A DNA stretch of 63,328 bases, the filler included, from an uncultured Methanosarcinales archaeon (GTDB lineage: Archaea > Nanobdellota > Nanobdellia > Woesearchaeales > CAZXZL01), in the NCBI GenBank assembly GCA_964645415.1. It is 3 parts of 3 records of this genome, joined end to end, with 100 filler letters (N's around TTAATTAATTAA, not from the genome) between each part and the next. Parts side by side here need not be neighbours in the genome. Positions count along the whole stretch, not along the records: positions 26,193 to 49,824 come from CAZXZL010000011.1; positions 49,925 to 63,328 come from CAZXZL010000027.1; 1 more part is not named here. One strand, given 5' to 3'. Below the pieces are notes generated by a model. The model did no database searches. It was given only the letters and a program-made list of their open reading frames with translations, and had not been told where the DNA came from. Shown piece after piece: positions 40,996-50,511 of the stretch (its first letter is position 1; every line of letters begins with the position of its first letter). Made by a program: the position numbers and the translations under genes.

Positions 40996-41190
40996 TATGT
41001 ATTCGTATTCAGCTAAAGGTAGTAGAAATTTTTTCTTTCATGTGTAGAAATCAAAATCATCTTGTAGTATTCTGTCGGAATTTTATAATCTTTTTGTCTT
41101 TATTTGATAGATTTTTATTTTATATAAGTAAAAATCGACAGATTTTTTATTTTCATATATTTTTAATTCTTATAAAATTCCTCTAAATTG
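40963..41190 (+). repeat. Long repeat C copy 2 (contains TIR-bounded core 41077-41181)
   Basis: Near-identical to reverse complement of ~49600-49824. Confidence 0.9.
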
Positions 41191-41230
41191 CAATTTTATT
41201 TTTTTTATGTTAAACTAGAATAAACCAATT

Positions 41231-42115
41231 TTAAAAAAGAGATAACTGAGTATTATCATCATCACTATCATTTTTATCATAATCAATACTTTTATCACTA
41301 GAATTATTTAGTTTCCCTTCTTGACTAATTCTATCATTTAATTCATTAAACCTTCCACTATCATAATAACTAAAAAGAAACCTATCTAAAAAATCACCAT
41401 TTTCACAATCACCTAAAAAAAGATACTTCTTTTTTGATCTTTCTAACATTAATTTAGAATAATATTCCAGCTTATTTTCATACTCAGAAGACATTTTTAA
41501 ATCAATATCATTTTTAGAATCAACTCTATAATTTTGTGACTTTGGAACTTTTAATTTTCTTTTATAATCATTTTTATTATATTTAATCATATGTTTTTGA
41601 TGAATGTTATTATAACCTCTTTTAATAATATTTTTCAAATTTTCCTTAAAATCACTATTTTTTATATTTATATCATCAAAATTTGCTCTCCAAATACCAG
41701 AATAAAACATCAACTTCTCCCAATCACTAAGAGAATTTTTAACAACATCTCTCAAATAACTTGAAGAATCTCCTCTAAAATCACAAACTTGACTAGAAAT
41801 ATTATTATATCTTTTTTGTAGTTCATGTCTCCTAGACTTATAAAAACCTCTTTTATCTTTCTTAATATCTTCACAAGAAATAACACCATAAAGAGGTTGT
41901 TTCAATTCATCTTTATTAATATAACTTATACTTTTATCAATATCAAGATAACTTTTTAAAATATTTTCTAAATCATATTTAAGATATGAAAAACCTGATA
42001 AAACATTTGAAGGACTAGAAGAATCAAGATTTTTAACAGAATCTTCTAAAGTTTTATTTAAAAAATCATTTTTCACTTCAGTTACAATATCTTCTAAATT
42101 AGAATTGTTATCCAT
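41231..42115 (-). CDS. Hypothetical protein ending in QLSLF
   Basis: Long ORF downstream of the helicase; no family recognised. Confidence 0.65.
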   Translation of the reverse strand: MDNNSNLEDIVTEVKNDFLNKTLEDSVKNLDSSSPSNVLSGFSYLKYDLENILKSYLDIDKSISYINKDELKQPLYGVISCEDIKKDKRGFYKSRRHELQKRYNNISSQVCDFRGDSSSYLRDVVKNSLSDWEKLMFYSGIWRANFDDINIKNSDFKENLKNIIKRGYNNIHQKHMIKYNKNDYKRKLKVPKSQNYRVDSKNDIDLKMSSEYENKLEYYSKLMLERSKKKYLFLGDCENGDFLDRFLFSYYDSGRFNELNDRISQEGKLNNSSDKSIDYDKNDSDDDNTQLSLF

Positions 42116-42195
42116 AAAAAAGAAATTCTTCAATCATTTAAAAATGTTTTGTTTTTTGTCATTATAACATAGTTAAAAGAATTAAACATATTAAA

Positions 42196-44259
42196 TTAAC
42201 ACATAGAATTAAGTAAATTAACAATTTCTTCACCAAATTCTTCAATTTGTGTTTTATTTAAGCCTTTAATTTTAATTAACTCAGATTTTTTTTGTGGTCT
42301 TTTAATAGCAATATCTTGAATAGAAGTATTCTTTAATATTTCTCTTTTATCAACATTTAACTTAGAAGATAAATCATCTCGAAAATTTCTTAATGATTTT
42401 ATAATTTTAAAAACACTAACATTACTATTACTATCACTTTTATTAGATATTTTAATCATATCATCATTAATAAAATAAGAAATATTTTTAGAATGAGTAA
42501 TATATAGTTTCTCTTTAGCTCTTGTAATAGCCACATATAAAAGTCTTCTTTCCTCCTCTTCTTTATCATATTCTTTAACCTTGACCATATCAATAACAGG
42601 ATGTTCTGAAGTTTTAATAGGAAAATTCAAAAAATCACAACCAACAATAAAAACAATTTTTGACTCCATACCTTTAATAGAATGAACAGTTGATAATAAA
42701 ATTCCCTCACCATTACTTTTTCCATTATTAAAAGAAAATCTAATATCTTCTGATTTAAGATGTTTTGAAAATTCTTTAATTAGCTTATTCGTCCTTGATA
42801 AAACAAAAATTTCATTAGGATTAGTTCCAGATTCAATTTCATCTTTAATCTTATTTAAAATAAATTTAAATTCATCATTAGTTGAATCCTTTTTTTCTAT
42901 AATTACCTCTCCTTTCTTTTTCTTTGTAGATTCTAATTCAGATAAATTCATATTTTCAATTGATTTATTTGCAAATTCAATAATCTTTTTTCTACTTCGA
43001 TAATTTTTCTTTAATGTAATAACTTCAAAATCATCAAACAAATCATCAAAATTTAAAATAAAGTTAACATCTGAACCTCTCCAACCAAAAATAGATTGTC
43101 TTGGATCTCCAACAAAAAAAGAGTTATCAAAAGATAGAATGTTAACTAAATTCATTTGAATCGAATTAATATCCTGAAATTCATCAATTAAAATATGTGA
43201 AAAATGAGGTACCTTTTCAGGGTAATTTTCAAAAAAATCAATAGTATCCATCATTTGATCAGTAAAATTTCTAAGACCTTTTTCTTTCATCTTCTGATCA
43301 ATAAATTTTGAAACTCTAAAAACTAAATCAATTTTTCTACCATCAATTCCTTCTGTATTATTTAGATTATCACGAGTGATCTCAAGATTTTTTGATTTAA
43401 AGTAATTTCTAACAAAGAAAATATCATTTACTAAAGTATTTCTAAGCTTATCTTTTTCTTGATAGGATCTCTGTCTTTTTGTAAAATAAACTTTAATTGC
43501 AACATCAACATCAATATCAATATGAGATAAAGCCTTATTAAATAATTTAATTCTATCTCCATAAGACATTACACTAAAATTTTTCTTATAGATTAAATCA
43601 TTATTCTCTCTCAAAATTTTTTCACAAAAAGAATGAAAAGTTTCAATTCTAACATTATCATTTAAAGAAGTATTAAGTCTATTTTTCATCTCATCTTTAG
43701 CCTTTCGAGTAAAGGTAATAGCTAAAATTTTATCCGATTTTTGTAAACGATATTTTTTTAGAAACTTTATTCTTTTAGTTAAAACAGTAGTTTTTCCTGT
43801 TCCTGCTCCAGCTACAGCAAGAATATTTTTTTTAGGAGAAATAATTGCCTTCTTTTGAAAATCATTGTAGTCATCTAAAAAAAACGAAAAATGTTCAAAT
43901 AACATCTCATCTTTTTTAGAAATTTTAGAATAATTATATGAATGTTTAATTAAATTTTCAGATTTAGATCCTGGTGACTCAAGTTCTTTTTTTCCTTTCT
44001 CAGTAAGCTTATATACTTTAATATATTTCTTATCATTAAGAGAAACTTTTTTTATAAATCCTTTAGCAGTTATTTTTTTTATAAGGTTCTTAACTTCATC
44101 CTTAGATAAAAATAGACTTCCAAATGAGTCTAATTTATCTAAATTGTTTTTTTTAATTGAATAATTATCTGTTTCTCCTCTTAAAAAATCAGTTAATAAT
44201 TTATTACCAACACCAAAAGGAATTTCTTTAATTGCTTTTAATACTTCTAAATGATCCAT
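42196..44259 (-). CDS. UvrD/Rep-family SF1 helicase with N-terminal RQC-like and C-terminal HRDC domains
   Basis: AGAGTGKT, ITFTRKA, TFHSF, IDEFQD, VGDPRQSIFGWRG, NYRS, STVHSIKGME, EERRLLYVAITRAK; HRDC IAIKRP...LIKIKGL. Confidence 0.92.
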   Translation of the reverse strand: MDHLEVLKAIKEIPFGVGNKLLTDFLRGETDNYSIKKNNLDKLDSFGSLFLSKDEVKNLIKKITAKGFIKKVSLNDKKYIKVYKLTEKGKKELESPGSKSENLIKHSYNYSKISKKDEMLFEHFSFFLDDYNDFQKKAIISPKKNILAVAGAGTGKTTVLTKRIKFLKKYRLQKSDKILAITFTRKAKDEMKNRLNTSLNDNVRIETFHSFCEKILRENNDLIYKKNFSVMSYGDRIKLFNKALSHIDIDVDVAIKVYFTKRQRSYQEKDKLRNTLVNDIFFVRNYFKSKNLEITRDNLNNTEGIDGRKIDLVFRVSKFIDQKMKEKGLRNFTDQMMDTIDFFENYPEKVPHFSHILIDEFQDINSIQMNLVNILSFDNSFFVGDPRQSIFGWRGSDVNFILNFDDLFDDFEVITLKKNYRSRKKIIEFANKSIENMNLSELESTKKKKGEVIIEKKDSTNDEFKFILNKIKDEIESGTNPNEIFVLSRTNKLIKEFSKHLKSEDIRFSFNNGKSNGEGILLSTVHSIKGMESKIVFIVGCDFLNFPIKTSEHPVIDMVKVKEYDKEEEERRLLYVAITRAKEKLYITHSKNISYFINDDMIKISNKSDSNSNVSVFKIIKSLRNFRDDLSSKLNVDKREILKNTSIQDIAIKRPQKKSELIKIKGLNKTQIEEFGEEIVNLLNSMC

Positions 44260-44341
44260 AAAATGAAAAAAAACATACTATTTTAAAATCTTTCTCTTTA
44301 AAATTCGAAATAATTTTAATAAAGATTAACTTTAAAAAAAT

Positions 44342-44548
44342 ATGGAAAATAAATATATCCCTCTTAATGCTTTTTTAAAAATAAAAGGAATAGCATCAAC
44401 AGGAGGACAGGCTAAAAGAATAATTAGACAAGGAAATGTAAAAGTTAATGGAAAAATAGATTTAAGAGTAACAAAGAAACTTAAAGTAGGTGATAAAGTA
44501 GAAGTTGGAAAACATTTATATGAAGTAAAAGAAGAAATCATTGAATAA
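44342..44548 (+). CDS. S4-domain RNA-binding protein (YaaA/YbcJ-like)
   Basis: LNAFLK..GIASTGGQAK..I..G.VKVNG...KKLKVGD. Confidence 0.9.
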   Translation: MENKYIPLNAFLKIKGIASTGGQAKRIIRQGNVKVNGKIDLRVTKKLKVGDKVEVGKHLYEVKEEIIE

Positions 44549-44726
44549 TAATAAATAATAAATAATTAAAAAAAAAAAAAAAGAAGGATAAGGATTAACA
44601 AGAATTAAGAAAAATATTATAAAATTTATAAGAAAAGTAATTAATAGAATTATAAGACAATTATTAATAAGAACAACGATTATAAGAATACTAATAATAT
44701 TCTCGTTAAAAGATAATTTAATTTAA

Positions 44727-45290
44727 TCATCGAGGTATTTTTGAACTTTGAAATTTTAAAATTCCTTTTCTATCAATGATTTCCTTTTCTTTTTTTATTT
44801 TATCAAGAAATCTTCTTAAAATTCTATAAGTTACTTTAACATCAGCCATTGCTCTATGTGCATTATTATGTTTAATTCCAAAATAATTAGTCAAAGTAGA
44901 TAATTTACTATTTTTAGCATCAGGTACTAATCTTCTAGACAATCTCATAGTACAAAGTTTATCATTTTCTAAACTAATTCCAGTATGTTTTTTTAAATTA
45001 TAATTTAAGAAATTATAATCAAAAGTAGCATTATGACCTACAAAAATATCATCTTTTAGAAATCGATAAAACTCGGGAATTTTTTCCTCAATACAAGGAG
45101 CATCTGAAACCATTTCATTGTCAATTCCAGTTAACCTAGTAATTTTAGGAGGTATATTACACATTGGATTAATTAAAGTTTCAAATTTGTCTATTATTTG
45201 ATCACCATCAAATTTTAAAGCAGCAATTTCAGTTATTTTATGTCTTTTCCTAGATAAACCTGTAGTTTCTATATCGACAATAGTATACAT
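44727..45290 (-). CDS. DnaQ/PolC-type DEDDh 3'-5' exonuclease
   Basis: VDIETTG, VGHNATFD, AHRAMADV. Confidence 0.94.
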   Translation of the reverse strand: MYTIVDIETTGLSRKRHKITEIAALKFDGDQIIDKFETLINPMCNIPPKITRLTGIDNEMVSDAPCIEEKIPEFYRFLKDDIFVGHNATFDYNFLNYNLKKHTGISLENDKLCTMRLSRRLVPDAKNSKLSTLTNYFGIKHNNAHRAMADVKVTYRILRRFLDKIKKEKEIIDRKGILKFQSSKIPR

Positions 45291-45703
45291 TATAAAGCCC
45301 TCCTCGCAAGACTATCAGCCATATCATTAAATTTATTATTTGAATGAGCTTTAACTTTTATAAAATTAATATTGATTGAATTTGATTTTTCTTGAATGAA
45401 ATCATAATATTTTTTTGTATATTTCTTATTTCTTTTCCACTCACCTTTTGCCCATTTTTCAATTCCTTTATAATCATAAAAGATAGTTATTTGATTATAA
45501 TTATTTTCAATAGCATAGTCAATTGCATCCATAGCACCTTTTAATTCACCATATATTTGATGCATTTTTGCTGCTTCTTTATTTGAACCTTTTTTACTAA
45601 TTTTTTTTACAACTTTCCCACTATCTATAAAAACAATTCCATAAGAATACATTTCTTTAGATTTACTATAACTACCATCAACATAAGCAACTAATTTATC
45701 CAT
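45290..45703 (-). CDS. rnhA: Ribonuclease HI (bacterial-type)
   Basis: AYVDGSY, GELKGA, YDYKGIEKWA, KVKAHS..FNDMADSLA. Confidence 0.9.
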   Translation of the reverse strand: MDKLVAYVDGSYSKSKEMYSYGIVFIDSGKVVKKISKKGSNKEAAKMHQIYGELKGAMDAIDYAIENNYNQITIFYDYKGIEKWAKGEWKRNKKYTKKYYDFIQEKSNSININFIKVKAHSNNKFNDMADSLARRAL

Positions 45704-45803
45704 AAAGTAATAAAATAATCATTTTATTTTAAACTTTTTTATTTACAATCTGTTAATAAAAAAAATAAAAATAAGTTTAAAAAAATTAATGAAAGAGATA
45801 ATT

Positions 45804-45982
45804 TAATTTCTATATGAAAAACCAAATCGTTTTATTAAAAGAAAAGTAAGTTAGTAAAAAAATTACTTAATATCTAATTTCTAGATAAAAAACCAAATCA
45901 TTTTATTAAAAGAAAAGTAAATTAGTGAAAATATTACTTAATATCTAATTTCTATATAAAAAATCAAATCGTTTTACTAAAA
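45804..45982. repeat. 71-bp tandem repeat (~2.5 copies)
   Basis: Units start at 45804, 45875 and 45946 (TAATTTCTA.AT.AAAAA.CAAATC.TTTTA.TAAAA...). Confidence 0.9.
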
Positions 45983-45986
45983 TAAA

Positions 45987-46958
45987 TTATAAATTATGTT
46001 TTATATAATCATACTTACCATCATTATATACAATTAATTCACCATAACCTTTATCTAAACCAACTAAACCTCCTAAGGCAGGAATTACACTAATATTATA
46101 TTTCTTAAAAAGATAGGATGAATTAAAGAAGTTTATTGATTTTTCAACAATACCATATAAATTTGTTATTTTTGATAATAATTTTCCTACTCTTGTATGA
46201 AAGAAAAATTTACCAGTAATTTTAAAGTACTTAACAAAAATTTTTGAGTGAAGATGACCAACAAAATAATGATCTATCTTTTTTAATTTAGAATCAGAAA
46301 TTATCTCTTCCATTTTTTTTAAAGCAAGTGGGTCATGAATAAATAAAAAATTTGTTTTATAATCATCAATTTCTTCAAACTTTTTAATGATAAAATTTTT
46401 TTGTTTCTCTTTTAAATTCATGATATATTTTTTCTCTTCATAATCATCAATATGACTTACATTTTCTAGTAAAAGTGATGAGGAAATCATAATATATCTC
46501 ACATTGTTTTTAACAAATGAATAAAATAAAGGACCAAAAATATTTTGAAAATTATCAATACTTTTTTTACTTATTCCTCCATGGTCATCTCTACTTATTT
46601 CACTAATATATCCAAGATCATGATTTCCAGGAATATAATATAATTCATCAAATTCCAATTTTATTTCACGTTTGTTTTTAAAGTCTTTGATAATTTCTAT
46701 ATCGTTCTCTGTAACTAATCCTCTTTCGGAATATAAACACTCACAGAAATCTCCAAGGTCAATCATAAAAGAATATTTTCCTTCTTTTATTCTATTAAAG
46801 AAACTTTTTATGTTTTTGTTATTATTTTTTTTCCAAAGGTCATAAACTCTTGTAACAAAAAAAATTCCACTTTTATCTTGTCCTTTTTGTTTATAGAAAT
46901 CTACTGTTTGATGATGACCATCTGAAACTAATAAAACTCTATGTTGTATTTCTCCCAT
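45987..46958 (-). CDS. Calcineurin-like metallophosphoesterase
   Basis: VSDGH, DLGD, PGNHD, FIHD, VGHLH. Confidence 0.9.
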   Translation of the reverse strand: MGEIQHRVLLVSDGHHQTVDFYKQKGQDKSGIFFVTRVYDLWKKNNNKNIKSFFNRIKEGKYSFMIDLGDFCECLYSERGLVTENDIEIIKDFKNKREIKLEFDELYYIPGNHDLGYISEISRDDHGGISKKSIDNFQNIFGPLFYSFVKNNVRYIMISSSLLLENVSHIDDYEEKKYIMNLKEKQKNFIIKKFEEIDDYKTNFLFIHDPLALKKMEEIISDSKLKKIDHYFVGHLHSKIFVKYFKITGKFFFHTRVGKLLSKITNLYGIVEKSINFFNSSYLFKKYNISVIPALGGLVGLDKGYGELIVYNDGKYDYIKHNL

Positions 46959-47098
46959 TTTACCATTATTATTTTAAATTCTTAATAAAAATAATTAATT
47001 TAAATTTTTAATTATATTAATCCTTTTAGCCCATAAATAATTATAATACAATATAATGCAATATAATAAAATAAGATATAAGATAAAAAAATAAAAAA

Positions 47099-48109
47099 TC
47101 ACTCGCTCTTTTTTATGTCCTCTTTAAATCTTTCAATTAAAGAAGTATCTGATGGGTCAATATCATCTGATTTTGCAAGATAATAACTTGCCCAATCTCC
47201 TATTAATATTCCAGAAAGAGCTCTTGAAATAAAATTGTTACCTGTTATTTTCAAGATACTTACTTTAATTCCTCTTTCTTTTAAAATGTCTTTAAAAGCA
47301 TCCATCCTCCTAACAATTCTTGGAGAATCTTCTTCATCACGTAAGATAACAACATAAAATAAATCAGGGTCAAAGTTATTATAACCCATTAATTCGTTAT
47401 GATTCATTTCAGAAAAGGTATTAAAAAAAGACATTCTTTTTGAATTTTCATTAAATTGACATTTCCATCTATAACCAACTGATGAAAATTTATTAGAGGT
47501 ATAAACTAAAGGAATTTTTGAACCAATCCTTTTTGCTAGTTCTTTACCATTATTTCTAAGATGTGGTTTTTTTAATAATGTTGATAAGTAATAAATTAAA
47601 CTTGATTTTCCTTCATCAAAGTAATCTGAATTATCTAATATTCTAAATATAACTCCAATAAAATATCCCATTGATGCTCTTGGAGTAATTCCTTTTGGAA
47701 TAAAAACTAATGGTAAGTTATTTACTTGAGATAATTGAGATAAAACACCATTTGTTGTAATTGAAACACATTCTAAGTCTTTTGAAATAGCATCTTTTGT
47801 TGAACTAATTGTTTCTTCAGTATTTCCAGAATATGATACTAAAAAAATTGGACCAGAATCAATATAAGATGGAATATGATAATCTTTTACAATATTTACT
47901 CTAATTCCTTTTGGTTCTAAGATTGTTTTAAAGAAATCGCCGGGAATTCCTGATCCACCCATTCCAACAAAAGTAATCTCATCTCTTTTTGATATTTCTA
48001 AATCTTTTGCTAAGTTCCAACCTTTTTTTATCATGTCTGAAAAAGAACCGATATTTTTATACATCTCATCTTCATTTGATACTCTTTCTTTAATTTTTTT
48101 GAAAATCAT
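47099..48109 (-). CDS. Bifunctional phosphoglucose/phosphomannose isomerase
   Basis: GMGGSGI, SYSGNTEET, RWKCQFNENSK, EMNHNE. Confidence 0.93.
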   Translation of the reverse strand: MIFKKIKERVSNEDEMYKNIGSFSDMIKKGWNLAKDLEISKRDEITFVGMGGSGIPGDFFKTILEPKGIRVNIVKDYHIPSYIDSGPIFLVSYSGNTEETISSTKDAISKDLECVSITTNGVLSQLSQVNNLPLVFIPKGITPRASMGYFIGVIFRILDNSDYFDEGKSSLIYYLSTLLKKPHLRNNGKELAKRIGSKIPLVYTSNKFSSVGYRWKCQFNENSKRMSFFNTFSEMNHNELMGYNNFDPDLFYVVILRDEEDSPRIVRRMDAFKDILKERGIKVSILKITGNNFISRALSGILIGDWASYYLAKSDDIDPSDTSLIERFKEDIKKSE

Positions 48110-48140
48110 GAATTTCACCTATTTTAAAACCTAAATATAC

Positions 48141-49430
48141 CTATTTAATTTTTTCTATTAATTTTCCTTCTAAATAGTTTCTACTTGAGTCAATAATTTT
48201 TACTTTACAAAACTTTCCAAGCATTTTATTTCTATCTATGTTATTTTTTTCAAATTCTTTATTCTTTATTACAATTGGCTTATAATAAATATTCCTTCCT
48301 ACTAATGCATTACTTTTTTTATCATTTAATAGTATTTTTGTTGTTTTTCCTTCCCAATTTTTATTAATTTCTTTTGAGATTTGATTATAAATTTTTGTGA
48401 TTTTTCTAGATCTTTTTTTTGTTATTCCACCATCATATTTCATTTTTGATGCATCAGTTTTAGGTCTTGGCCAGTAACGAGAGATATTTAAAAAATCTGG
48501 TTTTAATTCTTTGATAAAATTAATACTTTCTTCAAATTCTTTTTCTGTTTCTGTTGGGAACCCACAAATAATATCTGTTGAAATAGAAAAGTTTAATTTT
48601 TTTACTAGTTTAAATAAATCATAAACTTCTTCAAAAGAGTATCCTCGCCTCATTTCATTTAAAACACGATTATTAGCAGATTGAATAGGTAAGTGGACAA
48701 ATTTATAGAATTTTTCAGATTCATTCATTAATTTTAATGATTTTACTACTTCTTCTTTTCTACGAAGGAATGCTTTTGGATTTGCCATTCCAATTCTTAT
48801 GAAGAAATCTCCTTTTATCTTTTCAATTCTACTTAATAAGTCATATATTGAATAGTCTTTGTCAAGACCATATATGAAGTTATCTTCAGCTGTTAACCAA
48901 ATTTCAGTTACTCCTTCATTTATTACTTTCTTTATCCTTTTTATTAGTTTATCTGGATGAGTAGAGTCTAATTTTCCTCTTGCTAGTTTTGTAATACAAT
49001 ATGAACAATTTCCTAAACATCCTCTTGCGATAGGTACAATTTCTCGAAATTCATCAAAACGAAATGTTTTTTGTGGGATTTTTCCTTTTTCTATATGAAT
49101 TCCTCCTTCTGTTAGCACTTTATTTATTTTTAAGAATTGTGATGTTCCAATTGCAGGAACTCCATATTTTTCTTTTACTTTTTCAGGTTGTGCTTGAACA
49201 AAACATCCACTTAATACTACTTTTTTTCCTTTTTCTTTTAAATCTTTGATATGTCGTTTTATTTTGGTATCAGTTGGTCCTTTAACAGTACATGTATTTA
49301 TAATTACTATATCTGAATTATTTTCATTTTCAACTAAATTAAATCGACTTCTATCAAGATTACTTGCAATTATCTCAGAGTCTGCATTATTTAAAGAGCA
49401 ACCATATGTTACTATTGATACATTTTTCAT
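48141..49430 (-). CDS. tRNA t6A37 methylthiotransferase (archaeal MtaB/CDKAL1-like)
   Basis: TYGCSLN, INTCTVK, GCLGNCSYC, DIICGFPTET, TRAM tail. Confidence 0.92.
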   Translation of the reverse strand: MKNVSIVTYGCSLNNADSEIIASNLDRSRFNLVENENNSDIVIINTCTVKGPTDTKIKRHIKDLKEKGKKVVLSGCFVQAQPEKVKEKYGVPAIGTSQFLKINKVLTEGGIHIEKGKIPQKTFRFDEFREIVPIARGCLGNCSYCITKLARGKLDSTHPDKLIKRIKKVINEGVTEIWLTAEDNFIYGLDKDYSIYDLLSRIEKIKGDFFIRIGMANPKAFLRRKEEVVKSLKLMNESEKFYKFVHLPIQSANNRVLNEMRRGYSFEEVYDLFKLVKKLNFSISTDIICGFPTETEKEFEESINFIKELKPDFLNISRYWPRPKTDASKMKYDGGITKKRSRKITKIYNQISKEINKNWEGKTTKILLNDKKSNALVGRNIYYKPIVIKNKEFEKNNIDRNKMLGKFCKVKIIDSSRNYLEGKLIEKIK

Positions 49431-49599
49431 AGAGTTTAGAAAGGTGTTCTTATTTAATAATTTTATTAATAATTACAGATATAATCTATTCTCAAATAAA
49501 ACAATAAAAAGAATAAAAAGATTTAAGATGACAAAAATAATCCCTTCTTTTTTCTAAATTAATTTATTCAAGATATAAATATAACAAAAATAAAACTAT

Positions 49600-49824
49600 A
49601 ACTTAGAGGAATTTTATAAGGATTAAAAACTAATAAAAACAAAGAATCTGCTGATTTGCTTATATAAAATAAAAACTTATTAAATAAAGACAAAATCATT
49701 ATAAAATTCCGACAGAATACTACAAGATGATTTTGATTTCTACTCATAAAAGAAAAGATTTCTACTACCTTTAGCTGAACACGAATACATATTACTAAAC
49801 TAAAGTTTAGAACTTATTAAATTA
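49600..49824 (-). repeat. Long repeat C copy 3 (TIR-bounded core 49608-49710), runs into contig end
   Basis: Reverse complement matches 40963-41190. Confidence 0.9.
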
Positions 49825-49924
49825 NNNNNNNNNNNNNNNNNNNNNNNNNNNNNNNNNNNNNNNNNNNNTTAATTAATTAANNNNNNNNNNNNNNNNNNNN
49901 NNNNNNNNNNNNNNNNNNNNNNNN
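49825..49924. other. Artificial contig-join spacer
   Basis: 44 N + TTAATTAATTAA + 44 N. Confidence 0.97.
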
Positions 49925-50455
49925 TATTTTTCTTTACTTAATAAAATTAGTAGAGGTGACTTTCATGCTAAATTAGGTTCACTTGAAAAAATAATTAATA
50001 ATGATTTTTTTCCTAAAAAACTTAAAGATAGTATTTCTAGAAAAAAAGATGTTGTAAGTCTTGCTAGAGAGTACAATCTTCCTTTACTTCCAGAAGTTGA
50101 TTCACATGCATTCATACCTAATAGATTAGAAGGTTTTGGTGTTTTAAAATCAAGTGTTATGGAAGATTTTGAAAAAGGAGATTTTCCAACTAAAAAACTT
50201 TTTGATTCAGAGATAATTTGTTATAAAAATAAAGAAGGTATTTCTTTTAAAGATTTTACAAAAACATTTTCAGATATATATCCTGGTTGGAATTATGAGA
50301 AAGGTCCATTTAAAAAATTAAGAGAAAAATTAAATAGGAAATTTCTTAATTATTCATATAATGATTATAAAGAAGTTTTTGAAGAAAGTTTAAATTCTCT
50401 TAATGAAATGGATATTGATGAAGTAATTAATAACACTTACAATCCTCTTTCATAA
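49925..50455 (+). CDS. 5'-partial gene, possible PHP-domain C-terminus
   Basis: Frame is open from the gap; LAREYNLPLLPEVDSHA resembles the PHP terminal DxH motif. Confidence 0.5.
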   Translation, partial: YFSLLNKISRGDFHAKLGSLEKIINNDFFPKKLKDSISRKKDVVSLAREYNLPLLPEVDSHAFIPNRLEGFGVLKSSVMEDFEKGDFPTKKLFDSEIICYKNKEGISFKDFTKTFSDIYPGWNYEKGPFKKLREKLNRKFLNYSYNDYKEVFEESLNSLNEMDIDEVINNTYNPLS

Positions 50456-50511
50456 TTAATTTTAGATGTGTAAATAAAAACTTATTTAACAAACAATACA
50501 TATATAAATTT

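Noticed and set aside
45804..45982. Possible CRISPR array (71-bp period)
   Set aside because: Whole units are near-identical; there is no repeat/unique-spacer alternation.
40963..49824. Composite transposon bounded by inverted repeats
   Set aside because: No transposase or integrase inside, cargo includes housekeeping genes, and related repeats occur elsewhere.
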